This document shows, piece by piece, positions 18,478 to 27,696 of a stretch of DNA of 58,900 nucleotides. The position numbers and the translations under genes are program-made. The notes beneath the pieces are model-generated. The model made no database searches, was not told the DNA's origin, and saw nothing but the letters and a program-made list of their open reading frames with translations. Numbering within the stretch: the first letter of the stretch is position 1; each line of letters begins with the position of its first letter. Source of the stretch: Candidatus Nanoarchaeia archaeon (GTDB taxonomy: Archaea; Nanobdellota; Nanobdellia; Woesearchaeales; SM23-78); assembly GCA_041479965.1 (NCBI GenBank), contig JBGOZE010000001.1, forward strand, positions 1 to 58,900, given 5' to 3'.

Positions 18478-19074
18478 TCACTCCGTATTGATTGCTTTCT
18501 CGTTTGCTTTGTCCGAACTGATGTCTTTTGCGTCATTCCTCTTGGCTTGAGCTTCTGGCTTTGCCTGTGCTTTCTTAGCAGTCCCTTGGCGGGTCTTGTC
18601 TGCTGGAGTCGCCACAGGCTCCTGAGGCTTGAGCAAAAGATTCTGTTCATGAATATGCAGCTTGATGTGTTTTATGCTTCTGAAATATCCTCCCTTCGAT
18701 CGGGAGTATAAATCCTTGAAATCCTCATTCTTTATCAGGCTGTTTTCTCTAAGGTACTTGAGGAATGATCTCTGGGCGCGTATCTTGTTCATCCAGGTCA
18801 GTTTCTTGGGTGCTCGAGCAGTGTATTTTCCCTTTCTCTTGCCCTCGCCTCTCCTGAGTCCCTTGCTCTTCTGCACTTTCCTCTTGTTAGCTCTGGCTCT
18901 TGATACTCCTTTTTTCTGCAAGCGCCAGACGGCTCCTTCTCCTATGAGCAGCCTCATGTCTGTCTTGGTTATTGCCTCCTTGATATCCTCAAGCCTCGCA
19001 GGGTCGAACACCGCTCTCTTGGGAGAGCAGCGCAAAATGCTTCCTGCAAGCCTTTTCTGGAGTTTAAGCATCAT
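18478..19074 (-). CDS. rpl19e: 50S ribosomal protein L19e
   Basis: LQKRLAGSILRCSPKRAVFDP...IKEAITKTDMRLLIGEGAV. Confidence 0.93.
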   Translation of the reverse strand: MMLKLQKRLAGSILRCSPKRAVFDPARLEDIKEAITKTDMRLLIGEGAVWRLQKKGVSRARANKRKVQKSKGLRRGEGKRKGKYTARAPKKLTWMNKIRAQRSFLKYLRENSLIKNEDFKDLYSRSKGGYFRSIKHIKLHIHEQNLLLKPQEPVATPADKTRQGTAKKAQAKPEAQAKRNDAKDISSDKANEKAINTE

Positions 19075-19119
19075 GTTCTTTGTCCCTCAAATCATCATTT
19101 TTAGTTTATTTTCATCCCT

Positions 19120-19755
19120 TCATTCTCTTTTGGTGAGCAGTTTGTCTTTCTCTTCTTTCTCAAGCTTTTTCTTCTCCTCTTCAGACACGGAAGGCTCTTC
19201 TTTTTTCAGCTCATCTTTTTTTGCCTCTTCCTTCTCTTTCTTCATCTTCTCGTCTGTGCTTTTCTTCTTGTCTTTCTGTTCTTCGAGCCTCTTTGTCCTT
19301 AAGGACTTTCTTTGTTTCAATGCGGTCTGTATCTTTTCAAGAGTCTCGTCAGCATCCAGGTTGATGATTACCAGTCCTTTTTTCTTGATTTCATTAATTA
19401 GCATCTGCCTCTTCCTGTTACCCAGGTTCGCAGATAGGATTATCCCGTCGTCCTTGGTCAGAGCGTTAAGCTGCGCCAAGTTAGATACAACAATAGGCCT
19501 CAACCCTGAGTGATGCAGGCCTCTGACTGCCTTGGGCGCCCTATAGCCTGTGCTGATTACTGGCGGAGCTCCTCTCTTGTGAAGCCTTTGCTTGTTATCC
19601 AATCCTCTGGCTCTTCGCCACATCTTGGCTAATTTCTTTTTTTTGTATATGTCTTTCCTTCGAAAAACCGGCTTCTTTTTCTTGAGTGCTCTTCGCTTTT
19701 CCAACAATTTCTTGATGTCGCGCATTTCTTGTTTTTCCTCTTCATTTAATTTCAT
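19120..19755 (-). CDS. rpl32e: 50S ribosomal protein L32e with a long K/E-rich tail
   Basis: KKPVFRRKDIYKKKKLAKMWRRARGLDNKQRLHKRGAPPVISTGYRAPKAVRGLHHSG. Confidence 0.93.
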   Translation of the reverse strand: MKLNEEEKQEMRDIKKLLEKRRALKKKKPVFRRKDIYKKKKLAKMWRRARGLDNKQRLHKRGAPPVISTGYRAPKAVRGLHHSGLRPIVVSNLAQLNALTKDDGIILSANLGNRKRQMLINEIKKKGLVIINLDADETLEKIQTALKQRKSLRTKRLEEQKDKKKSTDEKMKKEKEEAKKDELKKEEPSVSEEEKKKLEKEEKDKLLTKRE

Positions 19756-20300
19756 TTAATGATAGGCTTGCCATTTTTCTCGATGATGAATATGCCGTCT
19801 TGAAAAATTCTTTTATCAAAAGCAGACCTTCTGGTCAGTCTTTCTATGAGCGATGCTGTCCTGCCTGCAGCTTCTTTATCAACAGATTCTATCAGCAGGA
19901 ACTGGCCATCCACCTTGACATTCACGCCCTGCAGGATAGTGATAGTCCTCGGGATAGTCTCTCCGACAAAGTTCTTTATCTCGAACACGTTTCCTTTCAC
20001 ACTCACATTCATTGGGAAGTGGCTTGAGCAAATCCTCAGCTTGAAGGAATGACCGTGGCTTACTCCGTCGATCATGTTTTCCAAATGAGCAAGATAGGAA
20101 TGGATGAGCTTTTTTTCCCTTTGAGTGGCTTTCTGGGCCTCAAACATCACCAAGTTATTCATAACCTTAGCATTGATCTTGGGATTGTAAAGCTCTTTTT
20201 TCACTTCTCCTTTGGGTCCTTTCACAGTGAATATGCCGCCATCTATGCTGATGCTTATTCCCTGCGGGATTTCCAGTTCCTCTTTGAGTGTTGGTTTCAT
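19752..20300 (-). CDS. rpl6: 50S ribosomal protein L6 (uL6)
   Basis: Two-domain uL6 pattern (VKGPKGEV...; SHFPMNVSVKGNVFEIKNFVGE) at the conserved operon position. Confidence 0.92.
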   Translation of the reverse strand: MKPTLKEELEIPQGISISIDGGIFTVKGPKGEVKKELYNPKINAKVMNNLVMFEAQKATQREKKLIHSYLAHLENMIDGVSHGHSFKLRICSSHFPMNVSVKGNVFEIKNFVGETIPRTITILQGVNVKVDGQFLLIESVDKEAAGRTASLIERLTRRSAFDKRIFQDGIFIIEKNGKPIIK

Positions 20301-20332
20301 TTTCAGTGATTATGTTTTTAATAGCAGTGTTC

Positions 20333-20725
20333 TTAGTAGCAGTAGCTTACCAATTTGCCGCCGAGCCCTTTCTTCTTGGCCTCGACATTGGTCATCATCC
20401 CTTGGGAAGTGCTGATCACGAGCATTCCGAAATCCTTTGCAGGCAGGAATCTCTTCTCGAACTTCTCGAAGTTGTCTTTCTTCACGCTGAAGCGCGGCTT
20501 GACAACGCCCGTCTTGTTGATGTTACCTATCAGGTGAATCTTGAGGAAATCACCTTTTGAGTCCTTTATCTCCTCGAAGCCTCCAATGTACCTGTTATCC
20601 TGCATAATGCTAAGCACTTTCTTGATTATCTTGGAATTATTCTTGGTCAATATCTCTTTCCTTCCTGCTCGCTCATAGGTATCAATCTGGGAAAGCACAT
20701 TGGATAATGGATCATTTAAACTCAT
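20333..20725 (-). CDS. rps8: 30S ribosomal protein S8 (uS8)
   Basis: MSLNDPLSNVLSQIDTYERAGRKE...LVISTSQGMMT. Confidence 0.93.
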   Translation of the reverse strand: MSLNDPLSNVLSQIDTYERAGRKEILTKNNSKIIKKVLSIMQDNRYIGGFEEIKDSKGDFLKIHLIGNINKTGVVKPRFSVKKDNFEKFEKRFLPAKDFGMLVISTSQGMMTNVEAKKKGLGGKLVSYCY

Positions 20726-20746
20726 CTTTTTACCTCAATCATATTT

Positions 20747-20953
20747 TTAGTTATATTTCTTGAATCCAATCTTGGGCGCTACTTCTCTGAAGCATTGCCT
20801 ACAGAAATGCAAGCCGTACTTGCTTATGTGAGCGGCTGTCTGCCCGCATCTTCTGCATCTTTTCGTTGATCTGCCGAATGTTCTCTCTCGAGGAACATTG
20901 TGCTTCTGGAACTTGATGTGCTTGGCAGGCTTGTTCCTTATCTGTTTCAGCAT
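20747..20953 (-). CDS. rps14: 30S ribosomal protein S14 type Z (uS14)
   Basis: Zinc-ribbon CRRCGQ...CRQCFRE at the conserved operon position. Confidence 0.9.
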   Translation of the reverse strand: MLKQIRNKPAKHIKFQKHNVPRERTFGRSTKRCRRCGQTAAHISKYGLHFCRQCFREVAPKIGFKKYN

Positions 20954-20991
20954 TTTGGTGAAATGGGTTGTGGTTATCTGGCATTCCTCCT

Positions 20992-21531
20992 TTATTGTTG
21001 TTCTTTCTGTTCATCGGAGAGTTGGACTCCGAATTTATTCTTCATGAACGTGATGGCATCTTCCTGGCTGATCTTGTGTCTTCGAGGAATCTTTCTCTTC
21101 ATGATCTTCCTTCTCTTTATCCTGAAACCAGGCCTCTGCAGAGTGACTGATACTTGCAAGCCCATGATACCTATCTTCGGGTCGTACTTGGCATCAGGTA
21201 TGTCTATGTACTCAGGTATTCCAAAAGATAAGTTTCCATAATCATCAAAATTGCTCTTTGCGAGCAGGTTATCTTTAGCAGCAAGCATCCTTTTAGCCAA
21301 TTCCTCTGCTTTTTCATTCCTGAAGGTTATCTTGCATCCTATTGGCAAGCCAGGTCTGAGCCCCCAGTTGGCTATTCTCTTCTGGGTTATGGTCTTGACT
21401 GGTGAGAAGCCTGTGATGTTCTTCAGCAAGGTTACACCTTTCTCTAGCACAGCCTGCTCTTTGCCTGCACCTATGTTCAAGGTGAGCTTCTCTATCCTTA
21501 TGTCTCGCATTGCTGAACTCATTTTAATCAT
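20992..21531 (-). CDS. rpl5: 50S ribosomal protein L5 (uL5)
   Basis: MRDIRIEKLTLNIGAGKE...GLRPGLPIGCKITFR. Confidence 0.93.
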   Translation of the reverse strand: MIKMSSAMRDIRIEKLTLNIGAGKEQAVLEKGVTLLKNITGFSPVKTITQKRIANWGLRPGLPIGCKITFRNEKAEELAKRMLAAKDNLLAKSNFDDYGNLSFGIPEYIDIPDAKYDPKIGIMGLQVSVTLQRPGFRIKRRKIMKRKIPRRHKISQEDAITFMKNKFGVQLSDEQKEQQ

Positions 21532-21537
21532 TCACTT

Positions 21538-22368
21538 TCATTCACTTGGGTTTTCAGCTGATTTTTCAGCTGATTTGCTTTTTTCAGCTGTCTTCTCAAC
21601 TGATTTAGCCGCTGGCTTCTCTGCTACTTTCTCAGTCTTTTTCGCTTCCTTTGCAGCCACCAGCTTGTCTGTGACTGAAATCACCGGCTTGTCTTTGCCA
21701 ATCACAAAAGCATAGGCTTTCTTGGTTTCAAAAACATCATGGTCTAGGCGGAAGATTATGTTTTCTCTCTTGAAATCATCCACCATCACGACCTTTCCTA
21801 TGTGCTTTCCCTTGTAGAGAAAGACCAAGGCTCCTTTTTCTAGCTTGAGCACCTGCTTTATCTGGTGGTCAGGGATGGTGTATGATATGGAATCAAAAAT
21901 CTTGATCTCATGGAGGACGGGATCGTTGCTCTTCATCTCAAAGTTCCTTCCGTCGCTGCAATTGATCTGCACAGTACCCTTGGAAAGGTTCTTCTTGTTC
22001 CAAACCTTGGAAAGCTTCAGCTTGGCCTCATCGTTCTTTATCTTCAGGAAGAAGAGAGTGTTCTCTTCATTAACCAGGAGCCTGTAATTCTCGTCGAGAG
22101 CGGGGAAGCTCACGACATCAAGGAAGCCAACAGGATACTTTTCGTCATACACATAGTTGCTGTTGATCATGACGTCCTTGTTCTTGATCATGTACTTTGA
22201 CTCCTTGGTCGTCTGGGTCTTGCTCAGCATCTCTTTGAGGACGGTGTTGAGAGGTAGGCACAGAGTGAAGTCTCGACCAGCATTGGGCCTTGTGATGAAC
22301 ATGTTCTCCTTTCTAAGCACATCCCATCTCTTCGGTGCGTTTATTCTCTTTATGTGATCTTTGACCAT
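21538..22368 (-). CDS. rps4e: 30S ribosomal protein S4e with a Lys/Ala/Glu-rich tail
   Basis: HIKRINAPKRWDVLRKENMFITRPNAGRDFTLCLPL. Confidence 0.93.
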   Translation of the reverse strand: MVKDHIKRINAPKRWDVLRKENMFITRPNAGRDFTLCLPLNTVLKEMLSKTQTTKESKYMIKNKDVMINSNYVYDEKYPVGFLDVVSFPALDENYRLLVNEENTLFFLKIKNDEAKLKLSKVWNKKNLSKGTVQINCSDGRNFEMKSNDPVLHEIKIFDSISYTIPDHQIKQVLKLEKGALVFLYKGKHIGKVVMVDDFKRENIIFRLDHDVFETKKAYAFVIGKDKPVISVTDKLVAAKEAKKTEKVAEKPAAKSVEKTAEKSKSAEKSAENPSE

Positions 22369-22402
22369 TTTTTCAAACCCTTTTGCTTTTCTTCTTGTTT
22401 AT

Positions 22403-22801
22403 CTACTTCTTTTCCTGCTTTTTTTCTCGCTCTTTATTGCCGAGCCGTTTCTTATCATCTAAATTGAGCTCAATAATCAGGAGGTTGGAGGCATGGATAA
22501 AGGGTCTGCTCTTGGAGCCATCCTTCTTGGAAATCTCAATTCCAGTTATCATCACTCTGCTTTTCTTTGAGTCTACCATCTCAACTTTTCCTTCTTTGGC
22601 CTTGAATTTTCCCCTCATGACCTTTACTTTATCGCCTGTTATCACGCGCACTCTCCTTATGCCCTGTTTTTGAGCCAACTCTTTGCTCAGGTGAGCAGTG
22701 AGGAATCTTCCTCTCAGGTTGAGCGGAGCATTATACCTGTACTTTCTCTGCTTTCTTGGTTTCTTGCTCCCTTTCCATTGCGCGGAAAAATCTTTTTTCA
22801 T
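22403..22801 (-). CDS. rpl24: 50S ribosomal protein L24 (uL24)
   Basis: KOW motif ITGDKVKVMRGKFKAKEGKV at the conserved operon position. Confidence 0.92.
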   Translation of the reverse strand: MKKDFSAQWKGSKKPRKQRKYRYNAPLNLRGRFLTAHLSKELAQKQGIRRVRVITGDKVKVMRGKFKAKEGKVEMVDSKKSRVMITGIEISKKDGSKSRPFIHASNLLIIELNLDDKKRLGNKEREKKQEKK

Positions 22802-22833
22802 TTGAATACCTCAAACATCATGCTTTTCATGGC

Positions 22834-23235
22834 CTAAACGATTAGTTTTGCTATCTTGGCTATGCCAGGCCATCTCTCTGTGACTTCTTTTGCTATTGGT
22901 CCCTTGAAAATGGTTCCCTTAGGGGTGCCTTTGTCATCCTTGAGCACGACAGCAGCATTATCCTCGAACTTTATCCTCACGCCGCCAGGCCTTCGATATT
23001 CTCTTTTTTGCCTCACTATGACTGCGAACACAACCTGTTTTCTCATGTCAGGTCGTCCCTTGACAACAGAAGCCACTATCAGGTCGCCGATGCCTGCAGA
23101 TGAGTTCCTGCCCTTGACTGTCTTGGATCCCTTGACCGAGATTAACTTCAGCAGTTTGGCTCCTGAATTGTCACAGGTCTCTATGCGTGATTCTTTCTGG
23201 AACGCATCTGTTATGTTGGCTTTGACTGCTTTCAT
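22834..23235 (-). CDS. rpl14: 50S ribosomal protein L14 (uL14)
   Basis: CDNSGAKLLKLISVKG...GDLIVASVVKG...IKFEDNAAVVL. Confidence 0.95.
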   Translation of the reverse strand: MKAVKANITDAFQKESRIETCDNSGAKLLKLISVKGSKTVKGRNSSAGIGDLIVASVVKGRPDMRKQVVFAVIVRQKREYRRPGGVRIKFEDNAAVVLKDDKGTPKGTIFKGPIAKEVTERWPGIAKIAKLIV

Positions 23236-23269
23236 TTTATCTCACTCATCCATGCATTAATTATTTCCA

Positions 23270-23737
23270 TTATTCCTGTTCGATCTCTTGTTTCTTTTTC
23301 TTGTCGTACTTATCTTTGTCTATCTCCTCATCAGGAGAGGCAGGCTTTTGCTTTTCAGGCACAACTCCTTCCTGTAAAAGCTCGCTCTTCACAGCTTGCT
23401 TTTTTGATTCCCTGCCCAGTATCTCTACGACCACAAAATGCTTGGTCTTGGAAATGGGCTTGGTCTCTGATATCAAGACCATGTCTCCTTTCTTTGCATC
23501 TATGCATTCGGGATTGTGGGCTTTGATTTTGCTGCGCCTGTTCTCGTATCTCTCATATTTTGGAACAAACGCTCTCCTAGTCCATTCCGCTGTGATGGTC
23601 TTGGTCATTCTGTCGCTTATGACGGTGCCTTTGAAAACTCGTCCTCTCACGGTTATGTTTCCGTGAAAAGGGCAGTTCTTGTCAGAGCATTTCTTACTAG
23701 GTATCTGCGCTTCCAATCCTATTCCTTTTGTTTTCAT
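23270..23737 (-). CDS. rps17: 30S ribosomal protein S17 (uS17)
   Basis: CPFHGNITVRGRVFKGTVISDRMTKTITAEW...GDMVLISETKPISKTKHFVV. Confidence 0.93.
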   Translation of the reverse strand: MKTKGIGLEAQIPSKKCSDKNCPFHGNITVRGRVFKGTVISDRMTKTITAEWTRRAFVPKYERYENRRSKIKAHNPECIDAKKGDMVLISETKPISKTKHFVVVEILGRESKKQAVKSELLQEGVVPEKQKPASPDEEIDKDKYDKKKKQEIEQE

Positions 23738-23822
23738 TTTGCTTGGGCTCCGAAACGATAGTTTTAGTTTTGATTTTTGATTTTGATTGCCATAATCTTT
23801 TCTTGATGTTTTCGTGTTATTT

Positions 23823-24101
23823 TCATTTTTTGAGCTTGATTCTTTCCTCAGGCCTACGCATTATCTCGTTGCCTTGAATCTTTTTTCCATCGATTAGGAA
23901 GACCACTCCATTTTTCAGCAGTGTTTTTTCCTGATTTTGATCGTTCATGATTCTGAATGTGTTCCTCGTCTCGTCTATTATTTTTCCTTCCAGGCGCTCC
24001 AGGCTCTTGTTGTCAGAGCGAAGGACCTTTATTTTTGTGCCTATGAATTCTGCTGAGTGCGTCATATTCCCTTTCTTGTCAATCTTATTTTTTGATTTCA
24101 A
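23823..24101 (-). CDS. rnp1: Ribonuclease P protein component 1 (Rpp29/Pop4)
   Basis: EFIGTKIKVLRSDNKSLERLEGKIIDETRNTFRI...IMRRPEERIK, at the conserved position between SUI1 and S17. Confidence 0.85.
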   Translation of the reverse strand: MKSKNKIDKKGNMTHSAEFIGTKIKVLRSDNKSLERLEGKIIDETRNTFRIMNDQNQEKTLLKNGVVFLIDGKKIQGNEIMRRPEERIKLKK

Positions 24102-24396
24102 TCGTGTCTGGGCTGAAGCCGAGTTTGATGAGCTCTGCCTTCAATTCTCTCAGGTGGTGGCCTTGGAGTTCAATCACGCCTTCCTTGGCTGTGCCTCCAC
24201 AGGCGAACCTGGATTTCAGCTTACTCGCCAATTCCTTGAGGTTGATTTCGTTCTGGTTGATGCCCTTCACGACGGTGCTAATCTTCCCGAACTTCTTCTT
24301 GACTGTGGCAACCTCAATCTTTTGGTTCTCCTTTGCGATCGTCTCACAAACGCAAAGCTCTTCCGGCAGCCCGCACGTACTGCATGTTTCACTCAT
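24085..24396 (-). CDS. sui1: Translation initiation factor SUI1 (aIF1)
   Basis: CSTCGLPEELCVCE...KKKFGKISTVVKGI...LKSRFACGGTAKEGVIELQGHH. Confidence 0.92.
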   Translation of the reverse strand: MSETCSTCGLPEELCVCETIAKENQKIEVATVKKKFGKISTVVKGINQNEINLKELASKLKSRFACGGTAKEGVIELQGHHLRELKAELIKLGFSPDTIEIKK

Positions 24397-24623
24397 TTTG
24401 TTTTTGGTGTTTTTTTTGTTGTTCTCGATTTAAGTTCCTTGTCTGTGCTATTGATGAGCATGATTCTGGCCATGTCCTTCTTCATTTTTTTCAATTGGCC
24501 TGAGTTCTTAGGAGGGGTTCCTGTGTGGACCTGAGAGTTGAGCTTGATGATTTCGAGCTCCAACTCTTTCATCTTCTTGTCACGCTCCTCTTTGTCCATG
24601 CTGGCCAGTTCCTTATATTTCAT
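24393..24623 (-). CDS. rpl29: 50S ribosomal protein L29 (uL29)
   Basis: Short helical protein ELASMDKEERDKKMKELELEIIKLNSQ at the conserved position. Confidence 0.9.
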   Translation of the reverse strand: MKYKELASMDKEERDKKMKELELEIIKLNSQVHTGTPPKNSGQLKKMKKDMARIMLINSTDKELKSRTTKKTPKTK

Positions 24624-25533
24624 CTTGCACCTCTGCTTCTGCTTCAGATGCTGGCTCGGGTTCAGATGCTTCTTCTGCTGATTCGCTCTCTTGAGCGCTT
24701 TCCTGGGCTATATCCTGAGATGCGGGGTTTTTTCTCTTTGCTTCCTTTGGTTTGGGAGCTGTTTTTTTCTGGGCAGATTTTCTCGGCTGCTTGGTTTCTT
24801 GCTTTTTCTTTCCAGCCTCATCTTTGTCTTCTCCACCTCTAGGCTCCAGCTCCTTGATTTTCTGCTCTATTTCCTTTTTGACATTGCCGTCTTTCACTTC
24901 TTCAACCTGACCAGGCGCCACAATCTCCTCTTCTTTAAGGGAAAGCCTGTCTGGCAGGATGGTTCCTGGAAGCATGATGCTCACTTTTATGCCCACCGTC
25001 CCGCTTTTGAGCTGGGCCGCAGCATAGGCCACTTTAACTTCTGACACTGCGACGTCTCCGCATTTCTTTAAGTAGCCTTGATAAAATCTCCATGACTTAG
25101 CTCTTGCGCTCGGAACCTTGCCTGATATCAAGATCTCTACTCCCACGGCTCCAGAACCCATGATATCCGCCATGGCTTTGTGTCCTATGCCTTTGAATCT
25201 TGCCATGCCGAACTTCTCCAATGAATTGGCTATCATCTCTGCCATTATATTAACATCCAGTCCTATGCTCAGGACCTCTTCTATCTCAATCTGCGGGTTT
25301 TCCAGCTTGAAAACTTGCTTCAGATCCTGGGTGAGCTTGGTGATGTTGGTTCCAGACCTGCCTACGACTAAGCCTGGCCTGCTTGTGCTTATGATTATCT
25401 TCTCTCCTAGAGGAGTCCTTTGCAGCTTGACATCGCTCAAGCCTACCCTACTCAGGTTAGTCCTAATGTATTCCTTGATTTCAAATTCCTTTACGTTCTG
25501 GTTGACGAATTTTCTCTCAATCAAAAAAATCAC
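24613..25533 (-). CDS. rps3: 30S ribosomal protein S3 (uS3) with a long charged tail
   Basis: KH domain LSDVKLQRTPLGEKIIISTSRPGLVVGRSGTNI plus the C-terminal uS3 domain GHKAMADIMGSGAVGVEILISGK. Confidence 0.95.
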   Translation of the reverse strand: MIFLIERKFVNQNVKEFEIKEYIRTNLSRVGLSDVKLQRTPLGEKIIISTSRPGLVVGRSGTNITKLTQDLKQVFKLENPQIEIEEVLSIGLDVNIMAEMIANSLEKFGMARFKGIGHKAMADIMGSGAVGVEILISGKVPSARAKSWRFYQGYLKKCGDVAVSEVKVAYAAAQLKSGTVGIKVSIMLPGTILPDRLSLKEEEIVAPGQVEEVKDGNVKKEIEQKIKELEPRGGEDKDEAGKKKQETKQPRKSAQKKTAPKPKEAKRKNPASQDIAQESAQESESAEEASEPEPASEAEAEVQDEI

Positions 25534-25581
25534 CCTCGGTTATTTTTTTGATGTTCCAAAAATTTACAATTTTTGCAACAA

Positions 25582-26130
25582 TCATTTTGTTTCACTGGCG
25601 TTTTTTTCTGCTGTTTTATTATTATCATCTGCTTTCTGTTCTGCCTTTTTCTTCTCTTTCTTCTCTTCTTTCTTGATTTCTTTCTTAGAGTCTCTCTTAG
25701 TCTCAGTCTCCTCTGCGGCAATCTCAATATGAGTCCTTTTCATCCTTATCCTTCTTTTTCTTCCATAATGGAATGGCTCTGCAGCCTTCTGGGCACAAGC
25801 ATGGATAATCTTAAGCTCTGTGCTCAGGCCCTTGTTCGAGGCGTTGGCCTCAAGTGATTTTAACAGGAACATGAATTGCTTTGCTGCCTTGTAAGGATAT
25901 TTGCCGCTGCCCATTCCCTTCTTGTGCCCTGCGCCCTCTGTGAATCTCCTGAAGGGTATGGCAACCTTTTGCTTCATTACGTTCTCAAGCAGGGCAATGG
26001 CGTTCTTTACCTGCCTTCCCTTGATATAGGAGCAAATCTCGATTGCGTGCCTGGTGGATATGCCGAGGTCTCTGCCAACTACCTTGACCACGTTCTCCTT
26101 GTCTGACTTGAAAGCGTATTTGTATTTCAT
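25582..26130 (-). CDS. rpl22: 50S ribosomal protein L22 (uL22) with a K/E tail
   Basis: GRDLGISTRHAIEICSYIKGRQVKNAIALLENV...PFRRF. Confidence 0.93.
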   Translation of the reverse strand: MKYKYAFKSDKENVVKVVGRDLGISTRHAIEICSYIKGRQVKNAIALLENVMKQKVAIPFRRFTEGAGHKKGMGSGKYPYKAAKQFMFLLKSLEANASNKGLSTELKIIHACAQKAAEPFHYGRKRRIRMKRTHIEIAAEETETKRDSKKEIKKEEKKEKKKAEQKADDNNKTAEKNASETK

Positions 26131-26166
26131 CTTGCTGCCTTACAGTTAATCATCCTATATTCATGC

Positions 26167-26553
26167 TTATTTGACAGAGAGGCTTGCACTTGACTTGGTC
26201 GCTCCGATTCCGGGGGCGTTGTGCATGACCTTCCTTCTTGTGAGAGCGTACTCTCCCAATCGGTGCCCTATCATTTCCCCGATTATTGTAACTGGCTGGA
26301 ATGTTTTGCCATCATAAATCATGATTAGCTTGCCTACCATAAATGGAAGGATTATCATACTTCTGAGGTGAGTCTTGATTGGCTTCTTGCTGTTCTGCAC
26401 CTTGGCCATGAATTTCTTTTCAGCATCAGTGAGCCTGTTTATTTTCCTGCGCTCATTGCTCGGCAAAAGCAAGGATAGTTCTGCGGAGCTTAATTTCTGG
26501 AGTTCCTCAAGTGTTTTTCCTTGATAAGTGAATTCTTGTCTTGCCATTTTCAC
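26167..26553 (-). CDS. rps19: 30S ribosomal protein S19 (uS19)
   Basis: MVGKLIMIYDGKTFQPVTIIGEMIGHRLGEYALTRR. Confidence 0.95.
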   Translation of the reverse strand: MKMARQEFTYQGKTLEELQKLSSAELSLLLPSNERRKINRLTDAEKKFMAKVQNSKKPIKTHLRSMIILPFMVGKLIMIYDGKTFQPVTIIGEMIGHRLGEYALTRRKVMHNAPGIGATKSSASLSVK

Positions 26554-26557
26554 ACCT

Positions 26558-27265
26558 TTATCTTCTTACCTTACCCCTTCCGCTACTTCTTGGCCTTATC
26601 ATTCCAACCTTTCTTCCTGGAGGAGCGTTCTTGGGAGCAATAGTCGGCCTTCCCTTGTGGCTGCTCTTGTGACCTCCAAATGGGTGGGTGACTGCGTTCA
26701 TGCTTGTTCCTGATACACTGGGCCAGTACACGTTCCTTGCCTTCATCTCATGGTATTTCCTTCCTGCCTTGAAAAATGGCTTTTCAGGCCTGCCACTCCC
26801 AGCTGCAAGCCCTATGCAGGCTCTGCACTCAGGATGAAAATCCCTATATTTTTTTGAAGGCAAAAGCACTGTGACCTTGGCTGATGTCTTGGCGACAACT
26901 CTTGCAGTTGTTCCTGAGGCCTTGACGAACTTGCCTCCGTCTCCTGGCTTGTTCTCGATGTTGAATATGCCAGTTCCTTCTGGAATATTTTTAAGTTCCG
27001 CAATGTTCCCCAAGTTGATGTCAGAGCCGCCTATCAATATGGTTTGACCCATCCTGACTCCTTCAGGGGCAATAACAAGGCTTGTTGAGCTATCATCATG
27101 TCTTAATCTTGCAAGAGGAGCTGAGTGAGCAGGGCAGCTTATCAGCTCTGTGATTACCGCAGTCCCGTTCTTGCCTATCTTGTTGGTTCCTGCGAATCTG
27201 AATCCTGTCCTTCTGTAAACTGGGCTTCCACGCCCTCTCTTCTGTTGCGTTAGGTTTTTTCCCAT
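26558..27265 (-). CDS. rpl2: 50S ribosomal protein L2 (uL2)
   Basis: VTHPFGGHKSSHKGRPTIAPKNAPPGRKVG. Confidence 0.96.
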   Translation of the reverse strand: MGKNLTQQKRGRGSPVYRRTGFRFAGTNKIGKNGTAVITELISCPAHSAPLARLRHDDSSTSLVIAPEGVRMGQTILIGGSDINLGNIAELKNIPEGTGIFNIENKPGDGGKFVKASGTTARVVAKTSAKVTVLLPSKKYRDFHPECRACIGLAAGSGRPEKPFFKAGRKYHEMKARNVYWPSVSGTSMNAVTHPFGGHKSSHKGRPTIAPKNAPPGRKVGMIRPRSSGRGKVRR

Positions 27266-27315
27266 TTCAAATCTCTCTTGCTTTCATATTTAACAAAATC
27301 ATTCATCATTCTTAA

Positions 27316-27564
27316 TTACATCAATCCTAACTTTGTCGCCAAGTCTATTGCTGGCGATTCAGGCGAAAACTTCACATAGGCTTTTTTCCTGCCCTTGAAA
27401 TCATTCTGCGTGCTTACCTTAAGCACCTTAGCGTTGAACATCTCTTCGATGGCTTTTTTTATCTCTGTCTTGGTGGCTTTTGAATCCACGACAAACACCA
27501 ATTTGTTCTCAGACTCCATGAGCCTGATTGATTTTTCTGTTGACAAAGGGTATTTGATTATCAT
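27316..27564 (-). CDS. rpl23: 50S ribosomal protein L23 (uL23)
   Basis: [42 protein letters not shown]. Confidence 0.93.
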   Translation of the reverse strand: MIIKYPLSTEKSIRLMESENKLVFVVDSKATKTEIKKAIEEMFNAKVLKVSTQNDFKGRKKAYVKFSPESPAIDLATKLGLM

Positions 27565-27696
27565 TTTTTAATCCTCATGATGGTTATTTCCTAAAGCATC
27601 TGTCTTCTTGGCGTTTGCAGCCGGAGCGAGAGGTTCTTTTGCCTTGAGCGCTCCAGTTTTATTAACCTTATCTTTTGCTTCTGCCTGCTTTTTCTC

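Noticed and set aside
18662-19513. 283-aa ORF antisense to rpl19e/rpl32e
   Set aside because: It is a low-complexity (S/F/L) mirror image of the purine-rich tails of the r-protein genes and has no start context.
25118-25732. 204-aa ORF antisense to rps3/rpl22
   Set aside because: Same reasoning: it overlaps two conserved genes and has a biased composition.
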